From Utricularia gibba (taxonomy: Eukaryota; Plantae; Magnoliophyta), in the NCBI GenBank assembly GCA_002189035.1, contig NEEC01000024.1, forward strand, positions 62,001 to 126,000: a DNA stretch of 64,000 nucleotides, written 5' to 3'. How positions within the stretch are numbered: the first letter of the stretch is position 1; each line of letters opens with the position of its first letter. Made by a program: the position numbers and the translations under genes. This document shows positions 15,001 through 27,068 of the stretch, piece after piece. The notes under the pieces were generated by a model. That model made no database searches, was not told where the DNA came from, and worked only from the letters and a program-made list of their open reading frames with translations.

Positions 15001-18000
15001 AAGTTAGGATGTCATAGCACCCAAAATGGTTTTCTCAACCGCATGCTTTATAAATGGTATCGAGAAGGAGGTCGAGTCGAGCTCGGGCCCATAGTCATTT
15101 GTAGCTCGGCAAAAAACTTGATGCATTTCTTAACGTTGGGTTTTAATTGGCTGCCTACATGGTTTCTCAAGGAAAAGCTTGTCGTTTTTGGGCGGGTGAT
15201 GTCGTTGTGAACTTCGTTCTGACCCAAGGTTCGGTCTGACTCCTTTGCCACATCGGGTCCTACTCGACGAAAATCGTGATGCACTTATTGAAGTTAGGAT
15301 GTCATAAGCACCCAAAATGGTTTTCTCAACCGCATGCTTTATCTGAGGAGGCGCTCTCGTGGGGCAACGGTATCGAGAAGGAGGTCGAGTCGAGCTCGGG
15401 CCCATAGTCATTTGGCTCGGCAAAAAACTTGATGCATTTCTTAACGTTGGGTTTTAATTGGCTGCCTACATGGTTTCTCAAGGAAAAGCTTGTCGTTTTT
15501 TGGGCGGGTGATGTCGTTGTGAACTTCGTTCTGACCCAAGGTTCGGTCTGACTCCTTTGCCACATCGGGTCCTACTCGACGAAAATCGTGATGCACTCAT
15601 GAGCACCCAAAATGGTTTTCTCAACCGCATGCTTTATATCTGAGGAGGCGCTCTCGTGGGGATCGTCGAGCTCGATAGTCACTCGGCAAAAAACTTGATG
15701 TTTCTTAACGTTGGGTTTTAATTGGCTGCCTACATGGTTTCTCAAGGAAAAGCTTGTCGTTTTTGGGCGGGTGTCTGATGTTCGTTGTGAACATACCCAA
15801 GGTTCTCTGCTTTTGAACATCGGGTCCTAGACGAAAATCGCACGTTATTGAAGTTAGGATGTCATCACCCAAAATGGTTTTCTCAACCGCATGCTTTATA
15901 TTGAGGCAACGGTATCGAGAAGGAGGTCGAGTCGAGCTCGGGCCCATAGTCATTTGTAGCTCGGCAAAAAACTTGATGCATTTCTTAACGTTGGGTTTTA
16001 ATTGGCTGCCTACATGGTTTCTCAAGGAAAAGCTTGTCGTTTTTGGGCGGGTGATGTCGTTGTGAACTTCGTTCTGACCCAAGGTTCGGTCTGACTCACA
16101 TCGGGTCCTACTCGACGAAAATCGTGATGCACTTATTGAAGTTAGGATGTCATGCACCAAAATGGTTTTCTCAACCGCATGCTTTATATCTGAGGAGGCG
16201 CTCTCGTGGGGCAACGGTATCGAGAAGGAGGTCGAGTCGAGCTCGGGCCCATAGTCATTTGTAGCTCGGCAAAAAACTTGATGCATTTCTTAACGTTGGG
16301 TTTTAATTGGCTGCCTACATGGTTTCTCAAGGAAAAGCTTGTCGTTTTTGGGCGGGTGATGTCGTTGTGAACTTCGTTCTGACCCAAGGTTCGGTCTGAC
16401 TCCTTTGCCACATCGGGTCCTACTCGACGAAAATCGTGATGCACTTATTGAAGTTAGGATGTCATAAGCACCCAAAATGGTTTTCTCAACCGCATGCTTT
16501 ATATCTGAGGAGGCGCTCTCGTGGGGCAACGGTATCGAGAAGGAGGTCGAGTCGAGCTCGGGCCCATAGTCATTTGTAGGCTCAAAAAACTTGATGCGGG
16601 GTTTTAATTGGCTGCCTACATGGTTTCTCAAGGAAAAGCTTGTCGTTTTTGGGCGGGTGATGTCGTTGTGAACTTCGTTCTGACCCAAGGTTCGTCTGAC
16701 TGGGTCCTACTCGACGAAAAGTCGTGCTGCACTTATTGAAGTTAGGATGTCATGAGCACCCAAAATGGTTTTCTCAACCGCATGCTTTATAAGGAGGCGC
16801 TCTCGTGGGGCAACGGTATCGAGAAGGAGGTCGAGTCGAGCTCGGGCCCATAGTCCTCGGCAAAAAACTTGATGCATTTCTTAACGTTGGGTTTTAATTG
16901 GCTGCCTACATGGTTTCTCAAGGAAAAGCTTGTCGTTTTTGGGCGGTCGTTGTGAACTTCGTTCTGACCCAAGGTTCGGTCTGACTCCTTTGCCACATCG
17001 GGTCCTACTCGACGAAAATCGTGATGCACTTATTGAAGTTAGGATGTCATGAGCACCCAAAATGGTTTTCGCATGCTTTATATTGAGGAGGCGCTCTCGC
17101 AACGGTATCGAGAAGGAGGTCGAGTCGAGCTCGGGCCCATAGTCATTTGTAGCTCGGCAAAAAACTTGATGCATTTCTTAACGTTGGGTTTTAATTGGCT
17201 GCCTACATGGTTTCTCAAGGAAAAGCTTGTCGTTTTTGGGCGGGTGATGTCGTTGTGAACTTCGTTCTGACCCAAGGTTCGGTCTGACTCCTTTGCCACA
17301 TCGGGTCCTACTCGACGAAAATCGTGATGCACTTATTGAAGTTAGGATGTCATAAGCACCCAAAATGGTTTTCTCAACCGCATGCTTTATATCTGAGGAG
17401 GCGCTCTCGTGGGGCAACGGTATCGAGAAGGAGGTCGAGTCGAGCTCGGGCCCATAGTCATTTGTAGCTCGGCAAAAAACTTGATGCATTTCTTAACGTT
17501 GGGTTTTAATTGGCTGCCTACATGGTTTCTCAAGGAAAAGCTTGTTTTTTGGGCGGGTGATGTCGTTGTGAACTTCGTTCTGACCCAAGGTTCGGTCTGA
17601 CTCCTTTGCCACATCGGGTCCTACTCGACGAAAATCGTGATGCACTTATTGAAGTTAGGATGTCATAAGCACCCAAAATGGTTTTCTCAACCGCATGCTT
17701 TATATCTGAGGAGGCGCTCTCGTGGGGCAACGGTATCGAGAAGGAGGTCGAGTCGAGCTCGGGCCCATAGTCATTTGTAGCTCGGCAAAAAACTTGATGC
17801 ATTTCTTAACGTTGGGTTTTAATTGGCTGCCTACATGGTTTCTCAAGGAAAAGCTTGTCGTTTTTGGGCGGGTGATGTCGTTGTGAACTTCGTTCTGACC
17901 CAAGGTTCGGTCTGACTCCTTTCCACATCGGGTCCTACTCGACGAAAATCGTGATGCACTTATTGAAGTTAGGATGTCATAAGCACCCAAAATGGTTTTC

Positions 18001-21000
18001 TCAACCGCATGCTTTATATCTGAGGAGGCGCTCTCGTGGGGCAACGGTATCGAGAGGAGGTCGAGTCGAGCTCGGGCCCATAGTCATTTGTAGCTCGGCA
18101 AAAAACTTGATGCATTTCTTAACGTTGGGTTTTAATTGGCTGCCTACATGGTTTCTCAAGGAAAAGCTTGTCGTTTTTGGGCGGTGATGTCGTTGTGAAC
18201 TTCGTTCTGACCCAAGGTTCGGTCTGACTCCTTTGCCACATCGGGTCCTACTCGACGAAAATCGTGATGCACTTATTGAAGTTAGGATGTCATAAGCACC
18301 CAAAATGGTTTTCTCAACCGCATGCTTTATATCTGAGGAGGCGCTAACGGTATCGAGAAGGAGGTCGAGTCGAGCTCGGGCCCATAGTCATTTGTAGCTC
18401 GGCAAAAAACTTGATGCATTTCTTAACGTTGGGTTTTAATTGGCTGCCTACATGGTTTCTCAAGGAAAAGCTTGTCGTTTTTGGGCGGGTGATGTCGTTG
18501 TGAACTTCGTTCTGACCCAAGGTTCGGTCTGACTCCTTTGCCACATCGGGTCCTACTCGACGAAAATCGTGATGCACTTATTGAAGTTAGGATGTCATAA
18601 GCACCCAAAATGGTTTTCTCAACCGCATGCTTTATATCTGAGGAGGCGCTCTCGTGGGGCAACGGTATCGAGAAGGAGGTCGAGTCGAGCTCGGGCCCAT
18701 AGTCATTTGTAGCTCGGCAAAAAACTTGATGCATTTCTTAACGTTGGTTTTAATTGGCTGCCTACATGGTTTCTCAAGGAAAAGCTTGTCGTTTTTGGGC
18801 GGGTGATGTCGTTGTGAACTTCGTTCTGACCCAAGGTTCGGTCTGACTCCTTTGCCACATCGGGTCCTACTCGACGAAAATCGTGATGCACTTATTGAAG
18901 TTAGGATGTCATGAGCACCCAAAATGGTTTTCTCAACCGCATGCTTTATATTGAGGAGGCGCTCTCGTGGGGCAACGGTATCGAGTCGAGTCGAGCTCGG
19001 GCCCATAGTCATTTGTAGCTCGGCAAAAAACTTGATGCATTTCTTAACGTTGGGTTTTAATTGGCTGCCTACATGGTTTCTCAAGGAAAAGCTTGTCGTT
19101 TTTGGGCGGGTGATGTCGTTGTGAACTTCGTTCTGACCCAAGGTTCGGTCTGACTCCTTTGCCACATCGGGTCCTACTCGACGAAAATCGTGATGCACTT
19201 ATTGAAGTTAGGATGTCATGAGCACCCAAAATGGTTTTCTCAACCGCATGCTTTATATCTGAGGAGGCGCTCTCGTGGGGCAACGGTATCGTCGAGTCGA
19301 GCTCGGGCCCATAGTCATTTGTGGCTCGGCAAAAAACTTGATGCATTTAACGTTGGGTTTTAATTGGCTGCCTACATGGTTTCTCAAGGAAAAGCTTGTC
19401 GTTTTTGGGCGGGTGATGTCGTTGTGAACTTCGTTCTGACCCAAGGTTCGGTCTGACTCCTTGTCGGGTCCTACTCGACGAAAATCGTGATGCACTTATT
19501 GAAGTTAGGATGTCGCACCCAAAATGGTTTTCTCAACCGCATGCTTTATATCGAGGAGGCGCTCTCGTGGGGCAACGGTATCGTCGAGTCGAGCTCGGGC
19601 CCATAGTCATTTGTAGCTCGGCAAAAAACTTGATGCATTTCTTAACGTTGGGTTTTAATTGGCTGCCTACATGGTTTCTCAAGGAAAAGCTTGTCGTTTT
19701 TGGGCGGGTGATGTCGTTGTGAACTTCGTTCTGACCCAAGGTTCGGTCTGACTCCTTTGCCACATCGGGTCCTACTCGACGAAAATCGTGATGCACTTAT
19801 TGAAGTTAGGATGTCATAAGCACCCAAAATGGTTTTCTCAACCGCATGCTTTATATCTGAGGAGGCGCTCTCGTGGGGCAACGGTATCGAGAAGGAGGTC
19901 GAGTCGAGCTCGGGCCCATAGTCATTTGTAGCTCGGCAAAAAACTTGATGCATTTCTTAACGTTGGGTTTTAATTGGCTGCCTACATGGTTTCTCAAGGA
20001 AAAGCTTGTCGTTTTTGGGCGGGTGATGTCGTTGTGAACTTCGTTCTGACCCAAGGTTCGGTCTGACTCCTTTGCCACATCGGGTCCTACTCGACGAAAA
20101 TCGTGATGCACTTATTGAAGTTAGGATGTCATAAGCACCCAAAATGGTTTTCTCAACCGCATGCTTTATATCTGAGGAGGCGCTCTCGTGGGGCAACGGT
20201 ATCGAGAAGGAGGTCGAGTCGAGCTCGGGCCCATAGTCATTTGTAGCTCGGCAAAAAACTTGATGCATTTCTTAACGTTGGGTTTTAATTGGCTGCCTAC
20301 ATGGTTTCTCAAGGAAAAGCTTGTCGTTTTTGGCGGGTGATGTCGTTGTGAACTTCGTTCTGACCCAAGGTTCGGTCTGACTCCTTTTTCCACATCGGGT
20401 CCTACTCGACGAAAATCGTGATGCACTTATTGAAGTTAGGATGTCATAAGCACCCAAAATGGTTTTCTCAACCGCATGCTTTATATCTGAGGAGGCGCTC
20501 TCGTGGGCAACGGTATCGAGAAGGAGGTCGAGTCGAGCTCGGGCCCATAGTCATTTGTGCTCGGCAAAAAACTTGATGCATTTCTTAACGTTGGGTTTTA
20601 ATTGGCTGCCTACATGGTTTCTCAAGGAAAAGCTTGTCGTTTTTGGGCGGGTGATGTCGTTGTGAACTTCGTTCTGACCCAAGGTTCGGTCTGACTCCTT
20701 TGCCACATCGGGTCCTACTCGACGAAAATCGTGATGCACTTATTGAAGTTAGGATGTCATAAGCACCCAAAATGGTTTTCTCAACCGCATGCTTTATATC
20801 TGAGGAGGCGCTCTCGTGGGCAACGGTATCGAGAAGGAGGTCGAGTCGAGCTCGGGCCCATAGTCATTTGTAGCTCGGCAAAAAACTTGATGCATTTCTT
20901 AACGTTGGGTTTTAATTGGCTGCCTACATGGTTTCTCAAGGAAAAGCTTGTCGTTTTTGGGCGGGTGATGTCGTTGTGAACTTCGTTCTGACCCAAGGTT

Positions 21001-24000
21001 CGGTCTGACTCCTTTGCCACATCGGGTCCTACTCGACGAAAATCGTGATGCACTTATTGAAGTTAGGATGTCATAAGCACCCAAAATGGTTTTCTCAACC
21101 GCATGCTTTATATCCGCTCTCGTGGGCAACGGTATCGAGAGGAGGTCGAGTCGAGCTCGGCCCATAGTCATTTGTGGCTCGGCAAAAAACTCTGCCTCGT
21201 TGTGAACTTGTGATTCGTTCTGACCCAAGGTTACTCGGACTCGTCATTAAAGTTAGGATGTCATGAGCACCCAAAATGGTTTTCTCAACCGCATATATCG
21301 AGAAGGATCGGTCGAGTCGAGCTCGGGCCCATAGTCATTTGTAGCTCGGCAAAAAAACTTGATGCATTTCTTAACGTTGGGTTTTAATTGGCTGCCTACA
21401 TGGTTTCTCAAGGAAAAGCTTGTCGTTTTTGGGCGGGTGATGTCGTTGTGAACTTCGTTCTGACCCAAGGTTCGGTCTGACTCCTTTGCCACATCGGGTC
21501 CTACTCGACGAAAATCGTGATGCACTTATTGAAGTTAGGATGTCATAGCACCCAAAATGGTTTTCTCAACCGCATGCTTTATATCTGAGGAGGCGCTCTC
21601 GTGGGGCAACGGTATCGAGAAGGAGGTCGAGTCGAGCTCGGGCCCATAGTCATTTGTGGCTCGGCAAAAAACTTGATGCATTTTTAACGTTGGGTTTTAA
21701 TGGCTGCCTACATGGTTTCTCAAGGAAAAGCTTGTCGTTTTTGGCGGGTGATGTCGTTGTGAACTTCGTTCTGACCCAAGGTTCGGTCTGACTCCTTTCC
21801 ACATCGGGTCCTACTCGACGAAAATCGTGATGCACTTATTGAAGTTAGGATGTCATAAGCACCCAAAATGGTTTTCTCAACCGCATGCTTTATATCTGAG
21901 GAAGGCGCTCTCGTGGGGCAACGGTATCGAGAAGGAGGTCGAGTCGAGCTCGGGCCCATAGTCATTTGTAGCTCGGCAAAAAACTTGATGCATTTCTTAA
22001 CGTTGGGTTTTAATTGGCTGCCTACATGGTTTCTCAAGGAAAAGCTTGTCGTTTTTGGGCGGGTGATGTCGTTGTGAACTTCGTTCTGACCCAAGGTTCG
22101 GTCTGACTCCTTTGCCACATCGGGTCCTACTCGACGAAAATCGTGATGCACTTATTGAAGTTAGGATGTCATAAGCACCCAAAATGGTTTTCTCAACCGC
22201 ATGCTTTATATCTGGAGGCGCTCTCGTGGGGCAACGGTATCGAGAAGGAGGTCGAGTCGAGCTCGGGCCCATAGTCATTTGTGGCTCGGCAAAAAACTTG
22301 ATGCATTTCTTAACGTTGGGTTTTAATTGGCTGCCTACATGGTTTCTCAAGGAAAAGCTTGTCGTTTTTGGGCGGGTGATGTCGTTGTGAACTTCGTTCT
22401 GACCCAAGGTTCGGTCTGACTCCTTTTTCCACATCGGGTCCTACTCGACGAAAATCGTGATGCACTTATTGAAGTTAGGATGTCATAAGCACCCAAAATG
22501 GTTTTCTCAACCGCATGCTTTATATTTGAGGAGGCGCTCTCGTGGGGCAACGGTATCGAGAAGGAGGTCGAGTCGAGCTCGGGCCCATAGTCATTTGTAG
22601 CTCGGCAAAAAACTTGATGCATTTCTTAACGTTGGGTTTTAATTGGCTGCCTACATGGTTTCTCAAGGAAAAGCTTGTCGTTTTTGGGCGGGTGATGTCG
22701 TTGTGAACTTCGTTCTGACCCAAGGTTCGGTCTGACTCCTTTGCCACATCGGGTCCTACTCGACGAAAATCGTGATGCACTTATTGAAGTTAGGATGTCA
22801 TGAGCACCCAAAATGGTTTTCTCAACCGCATGCTTTATATCTGAGGAGGCGCTCTCGTGGGGCAACGGTATCGAGAAGGAGGTCGAGTCGAGCTCGGGCC
22901 CATAGTCATTTGTGGCTCGGCAAAAAACTTGATGCATTTCTTAACGTTGGGTTTTAATTGGCTGCCTACATGGTTTCTCAAGGAAAAGCTTGTCGTTTTT
23001 GGGCGGGTGATGTCGTTGTGAACTTCGTTCTGACCCAAGGTTCGGTCTGACTCCTTTGCCACATCGGGTCCTACTCGACGAAAATCGTGATGCACTTATT
23101 GAAGTTAGGATGTCATGAGCACCCAAAATGGTTTTCTCAACCGCATGCTTTATATTGATAAGGCGCTCTCGTGGGGCAACGGTATCGAGCAGGTGGTCGA
23201 GTCGAGCTCTGGCCCATAGTCATTTGTAGCTCGGCAAAAAACTTGATGCATTTCTTAACGTTGGGTTTTAATTGGCTGCCTACATGGTTTCTCAAGGAAA
23301 AGCTTGTCGTTTTTGGGCGGGTGATGTCATTGTGAACTTCGTTCTGACCCAAGGTTCGGTCTGACTCCTTTGCCACATCGGGTCCTACTCGACGAAAATC
23401 GTGCTGCACTTATTGAAGTTAGGATGTCATGCACCCAAAATGCAACCGCATGCTTTATATTTGATGTGGGGCAACGGTATCGAGAAGGAGGTCGAGTCGA
23501 GCTCGGGCCCATAGTCATTTGTAGCTCGTCAAAAAATTTGATGCATTTTTAACGTTGGGTTTTAATTGGCTGCCTACATGGTTTCTCAAGGAGAAGCTTG
23601 TCGTTTTTGGGCGGGTGATGTCGTTGTGAACTTCGTTCTGACCCAAGGTTCGGTCTGACTCCTTTGCCACATCGGGTCCTACTCGACGAAAATCACTTAT
23701 TGAAGTTAGTAAGCACCAAAATGGTTTTCTCAACCGCATGCCTTATATCTGAGGAGGCGCTCTCGTGGGCAACGGTATCGAGAAGGAGGTCGAGTCGAGC
23801 TCGGGCCCATAGTCATTTGTAGCTCGGCAAAAAACTTGATGCATTTCTTAACGTTGGGTTTTAATTGGCTGCCTACATGGTTTCTCAAGGAAAAGCTTGT
23901 CGTTTTTGGGCGGGTGATGTCGTTGTGAACTTCGTTCTGACCCAAGGTTCGGTCTGACTCCTTTGCCACATCGGGTCCTACTCGACGAAAATCGTGATGC

Positions 24001-24995
24001 ACTTATTGAAGTTAGGATGTCATGAGCACCCAAAATGGTTTTCTCAACCGCATGCTTTATATTTGATAAGGCGCTCTCGTGGGGCAACGGTATCGAGAAG
24101 GAGGTCGAGTCGAGCTCGGGCCCATAGTCATTTGTAGCTCGGCAAAAAATTGATGCATTTCTTAACGTTGGGTTTTAATTGGCTGCCTACATGGTTTCTC
24201 AAGGAAAAGCTTGTCGTTTTTGGGCGGGTGATGTCGTTGTGAACTTCGTTCTGACCCAAGGTTCGGTCTGACTCCTTTGCCACATCGGGTCCTACTCGAC
24301 GAAAATCGTGATGCACTTATTGAAGTTAGGATGTCATAAGCACCCAAAATGGTTTTCTCAACCGCATGCCTTATATCTGAGGAGGCGCTCTCGTGGGGCA
24401 ACGGTATCGAGAAGGAGGTCGAGTCGAGCTCGGGCCCATAGTCATTTGTAGCTCGGCAAAAAACTTGATGCATTTATTAACGTTGGGTTTTAATTGGCTG
24501 CCTACATGGTTTCTCAAGGAAAAGCTTGTCGTTTTTGGGCGGGTGATGTCGTTGTGAACTTCGTTCTGACCCAAGGTTCGGTCTGACTCCTTTGCCACAT
24601 CGGGTCCTACTCGACGAAAATCGTGATGCATTTATTGAAGTTAGGAGGTGTCATGAGCACCCAAAATGGTTTTCTCAACCGCATGCTTTATATTTGATGA
24701 GGCGCTCTCGTGGGGCAACGGTATCGAGAGGAGGTCGAGTCGAGCTCGGGCCCATAGTCATTTGTAGCTCGGCAAAAAAATTGATGCATTTATTAACAAT
24801 TGGCTGCCTACATGGTTTCTCAAGGAAAAGCTTGTCGTTTTTGGGCGTTGTGAACTTCGTTCTGACCCAAGGTTCGATCTGACTTCTTTGCCACATCGGG
24901 TCCTACTCGACGAAAATCGTGATGCATTATTGAAGTTCATGAGCACTCAAAATGGTTTTCGCATGCTCGCTGTGGGCATTGGTATCCTCGAGTTC
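1..24995 (+). repeat. Tandem satellite array, 315-bp monomer (157+158-bp dimer), ~80 copies, single orientation
   Basis: AAGGAAAAGCTT recurs at 19681 and 19996 (period 315), and ORF-track copies repeat with the same offset (19642/19957). The array runs off the left edge and decays at ~24.9-25.0 kb. Several stretches are scrambled or deletion-rich. Confidence 0.99.
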
Positions 24996-25022
24996 GCACA
25001 TAGTCCTCTCGAAATTGACTTG

Positions 25023-25040
25023 ATATATATATATATATAT
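25023..25040. repeat. (AT)9 microsatellite
   Basis: Direct reading; a shorter copy lies at ~25922. Confidence 0.9.
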
Positions 25041-25341
25041 TTATTTTTCATTTATACTGCCACTCGACCCTTAGGAGCATTTGGATTGAGTGGACATCAT
25101 AAGGGCACAAGGACGTGGTTTACGCATAACCCACGCCCGTGTGGCATTGGCATGCTGCTGCGTACGCACACGGCGTGGTTTACGCACAACCCACGCCCGT
25201 GTCGCGTTGTCATGCAGCTGCGTTTGCACAAGGGCGTTGTTTAACCATAACCCACGCCCGTGTGGCGTTGTCATGCTGCTGCGTGTGTTTACGGGGCTTG
25301 CTTGCGGTGCTGTTGCGTATGCACACATGCTGCTTGCGGTG

Positions 25342-25572
25342 CTCGAGCGCAAAGTCAGTGTTAGCCCGGCGAAAAAAGTGATGCATTTCTTATCGTTGGG
25401 TTTTCATGAGCTGCGTAAAATTGTTTTTTGATTAAACGACTTCTAGATTTGGGGCGCTCTCAAGGTGAACTCGGTCCGAGCCCCGGGTTCGGGGTGGCTC
25501 ATGAGCCCAGTCGGGTCCGACTCGACGAAAGTGATGATGCATTTGTAGAAATTAGGATGTCACGTGCACCCC
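25342..25572 (+). repeat. Diverged partial satellite monomer embedded in the 0.9-kb unit
   Basis: CTCGAGCGCAAAGTCAGTGTTAGCCCGGCGAAAAAAGTGATGC matches satellite CTCGGGCCCATAGTCATTTGTAGCTCGGCAAAAAACTTGATGC at 33/43. Colinear similarity continues through TCGGGTCCGACTCGACGAAA...TTAGGATGTCA..GCACCC. Confidence 0.9.
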
Positions 25573-26134
25573 ACATTACAAAAAAATTATTTTTATAATC
25601 ATAAGGTATATGCTTTTTAAAATATAAATAATGTAAATATGTTATTTATTAAACCATATAAAACATACGAAAGTTTCTTATTTTCTAATTTTATTAGCAT
25701 TCGATGCTTAGTTATACTTTGGATGGAGGGTGTATTTTTACTTTCATCATTTTAATTATCATTCAATCCTTGGTAGTGATTCGAATCGAGTGTATGCTTT
25801 TTATTTAAATATTTATACTGCCGCTCGACCCTTATGTATGATTCGGATCGAACGTGTATCTTTTCTTTTAATATTTTTATGCGCAATCGATCCTTAAGAA
25901 TGTATGATACGAATTGACTGGATATATATATATTTATTTTTCATTTATACTGCCGCTCGACCCTTAGGAGTCATTTGGATTGAGTGGACATCACAAGGGC
26001 ACAAGGACGTGGTTTACGCATAACCCACGCCCGTGTGGCGTTGGCATGCTGCTGCGTGTAATGATATCAGGAACAAGGTACCAATGCTACCCTCAAACTC
26101 GTCTCATTGATGTTCACATGTGATGTAAAGGAAG

Positions 26135-27068
26135 CTCCAGACCGTGTGATTCCCTTCCAAGGGGAGACCTTGAGGCATGCTTTGTCCTTTATTTGTAGCT
26201 CCAAGGGTCGGCGCCTTTGATCTGCCCAGCTTTTGTGTCGATCTTGCGCCACCTTGAGTTTCCGTCGAATCATCCTGACATTTTGTTCGGCGTCCTGCAC
26301 CAAATCTGGTCCTAGCATCTTCCTCTCACCCACTTCGTCCCAGTGCAGTGGTACTCGGCACCGTCGTCCGTATAGCGCCTCGAAGGGAGCCATGCCTAGG
26401 CTTGCCTGGTAGCCATTGTTGTAAACAAATTCCGCCAGGTAGACATGCTCGTCCCACCCTCCCTGCAATTCTAGCGCACAAGCTCGCAATAAGTTCTCTA
26501 GTACTTGGATGGTCCTTTCTGATTGCCCATCTGTCTGCGGGTGGAAGGCGATGCTCCTGAGTAGTTTTGTCCCCAGTTCCTCTTGGAGTGCCTTCCAGAA
26601 GCGAGAGGTGAATCTGACGTCCCGATCAGATACTATGGTCGCTGGCGCCCCATGAAGGCGTACGATTTCCTTGAGGTACACCTTGGCAAGGGCGTTCACG
26701 CTCAAGTCTGCTCGCATCGGTATGAAGTACGCGCTCTTGGTCAGTCTGTCCACTACGACCCATGCTGCATTCACACCATTCTTTGTCTTCGGCAGCCCCG
26801 TGACGAAATCCATCGCCACATCTTCCCACTTCCATATGGGTATATCCAGCGGCTGCAAGTTACCTGCTGGTTTCTGGTGTTCTATCTTCGTTCTTTGGCA
26901 TACCTGGCATCGTGCTACCCATCCCGCGATTGAGAGCTTTAGCCCCGGCCACCAAAAGCTCTTCTTTATATCCTGGTACATCTTTGTGTTTCCTGGGTGA
27001 ATGGTCAGGGGCGAATGGTGTGCTTCTCTCAGAATTTCTTCTCTCAGGCCGCCCCTGCTGGTACCCAT
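26135..27068 (-). pseudogene. Integrase (HHCC zinc finger + DDE core), C-terminally truncated
   Basis: HHSPLTIHPG...[48 protein letters not shown]. Similarity ends after KVSPWKGITR. Confidence 0.92.

Larger units (their letters stand above)
25010..26058 (+). repeat. ~0.9-kb composite repeat unit plus the start of a second copy (hairpin modules + diverged satellite segment + AT-rich spacer)
   Basis: TTATTTTTCATTTATACTGCC(A/G)CTCGACCCTTAGGAG...CATGCTGCTGCGT occurs at 25041 and again at 25934 (offset 893). The second copy is cut at ~26058. Confidence 0.85.

Noticed and set aside
210-24946. Hundreds of 60-190 aa ORFs in the satellite
   Set aside because: They are the same few translations of the 315-bp monomer, broken at random by indels, with no domain or splice evidence.
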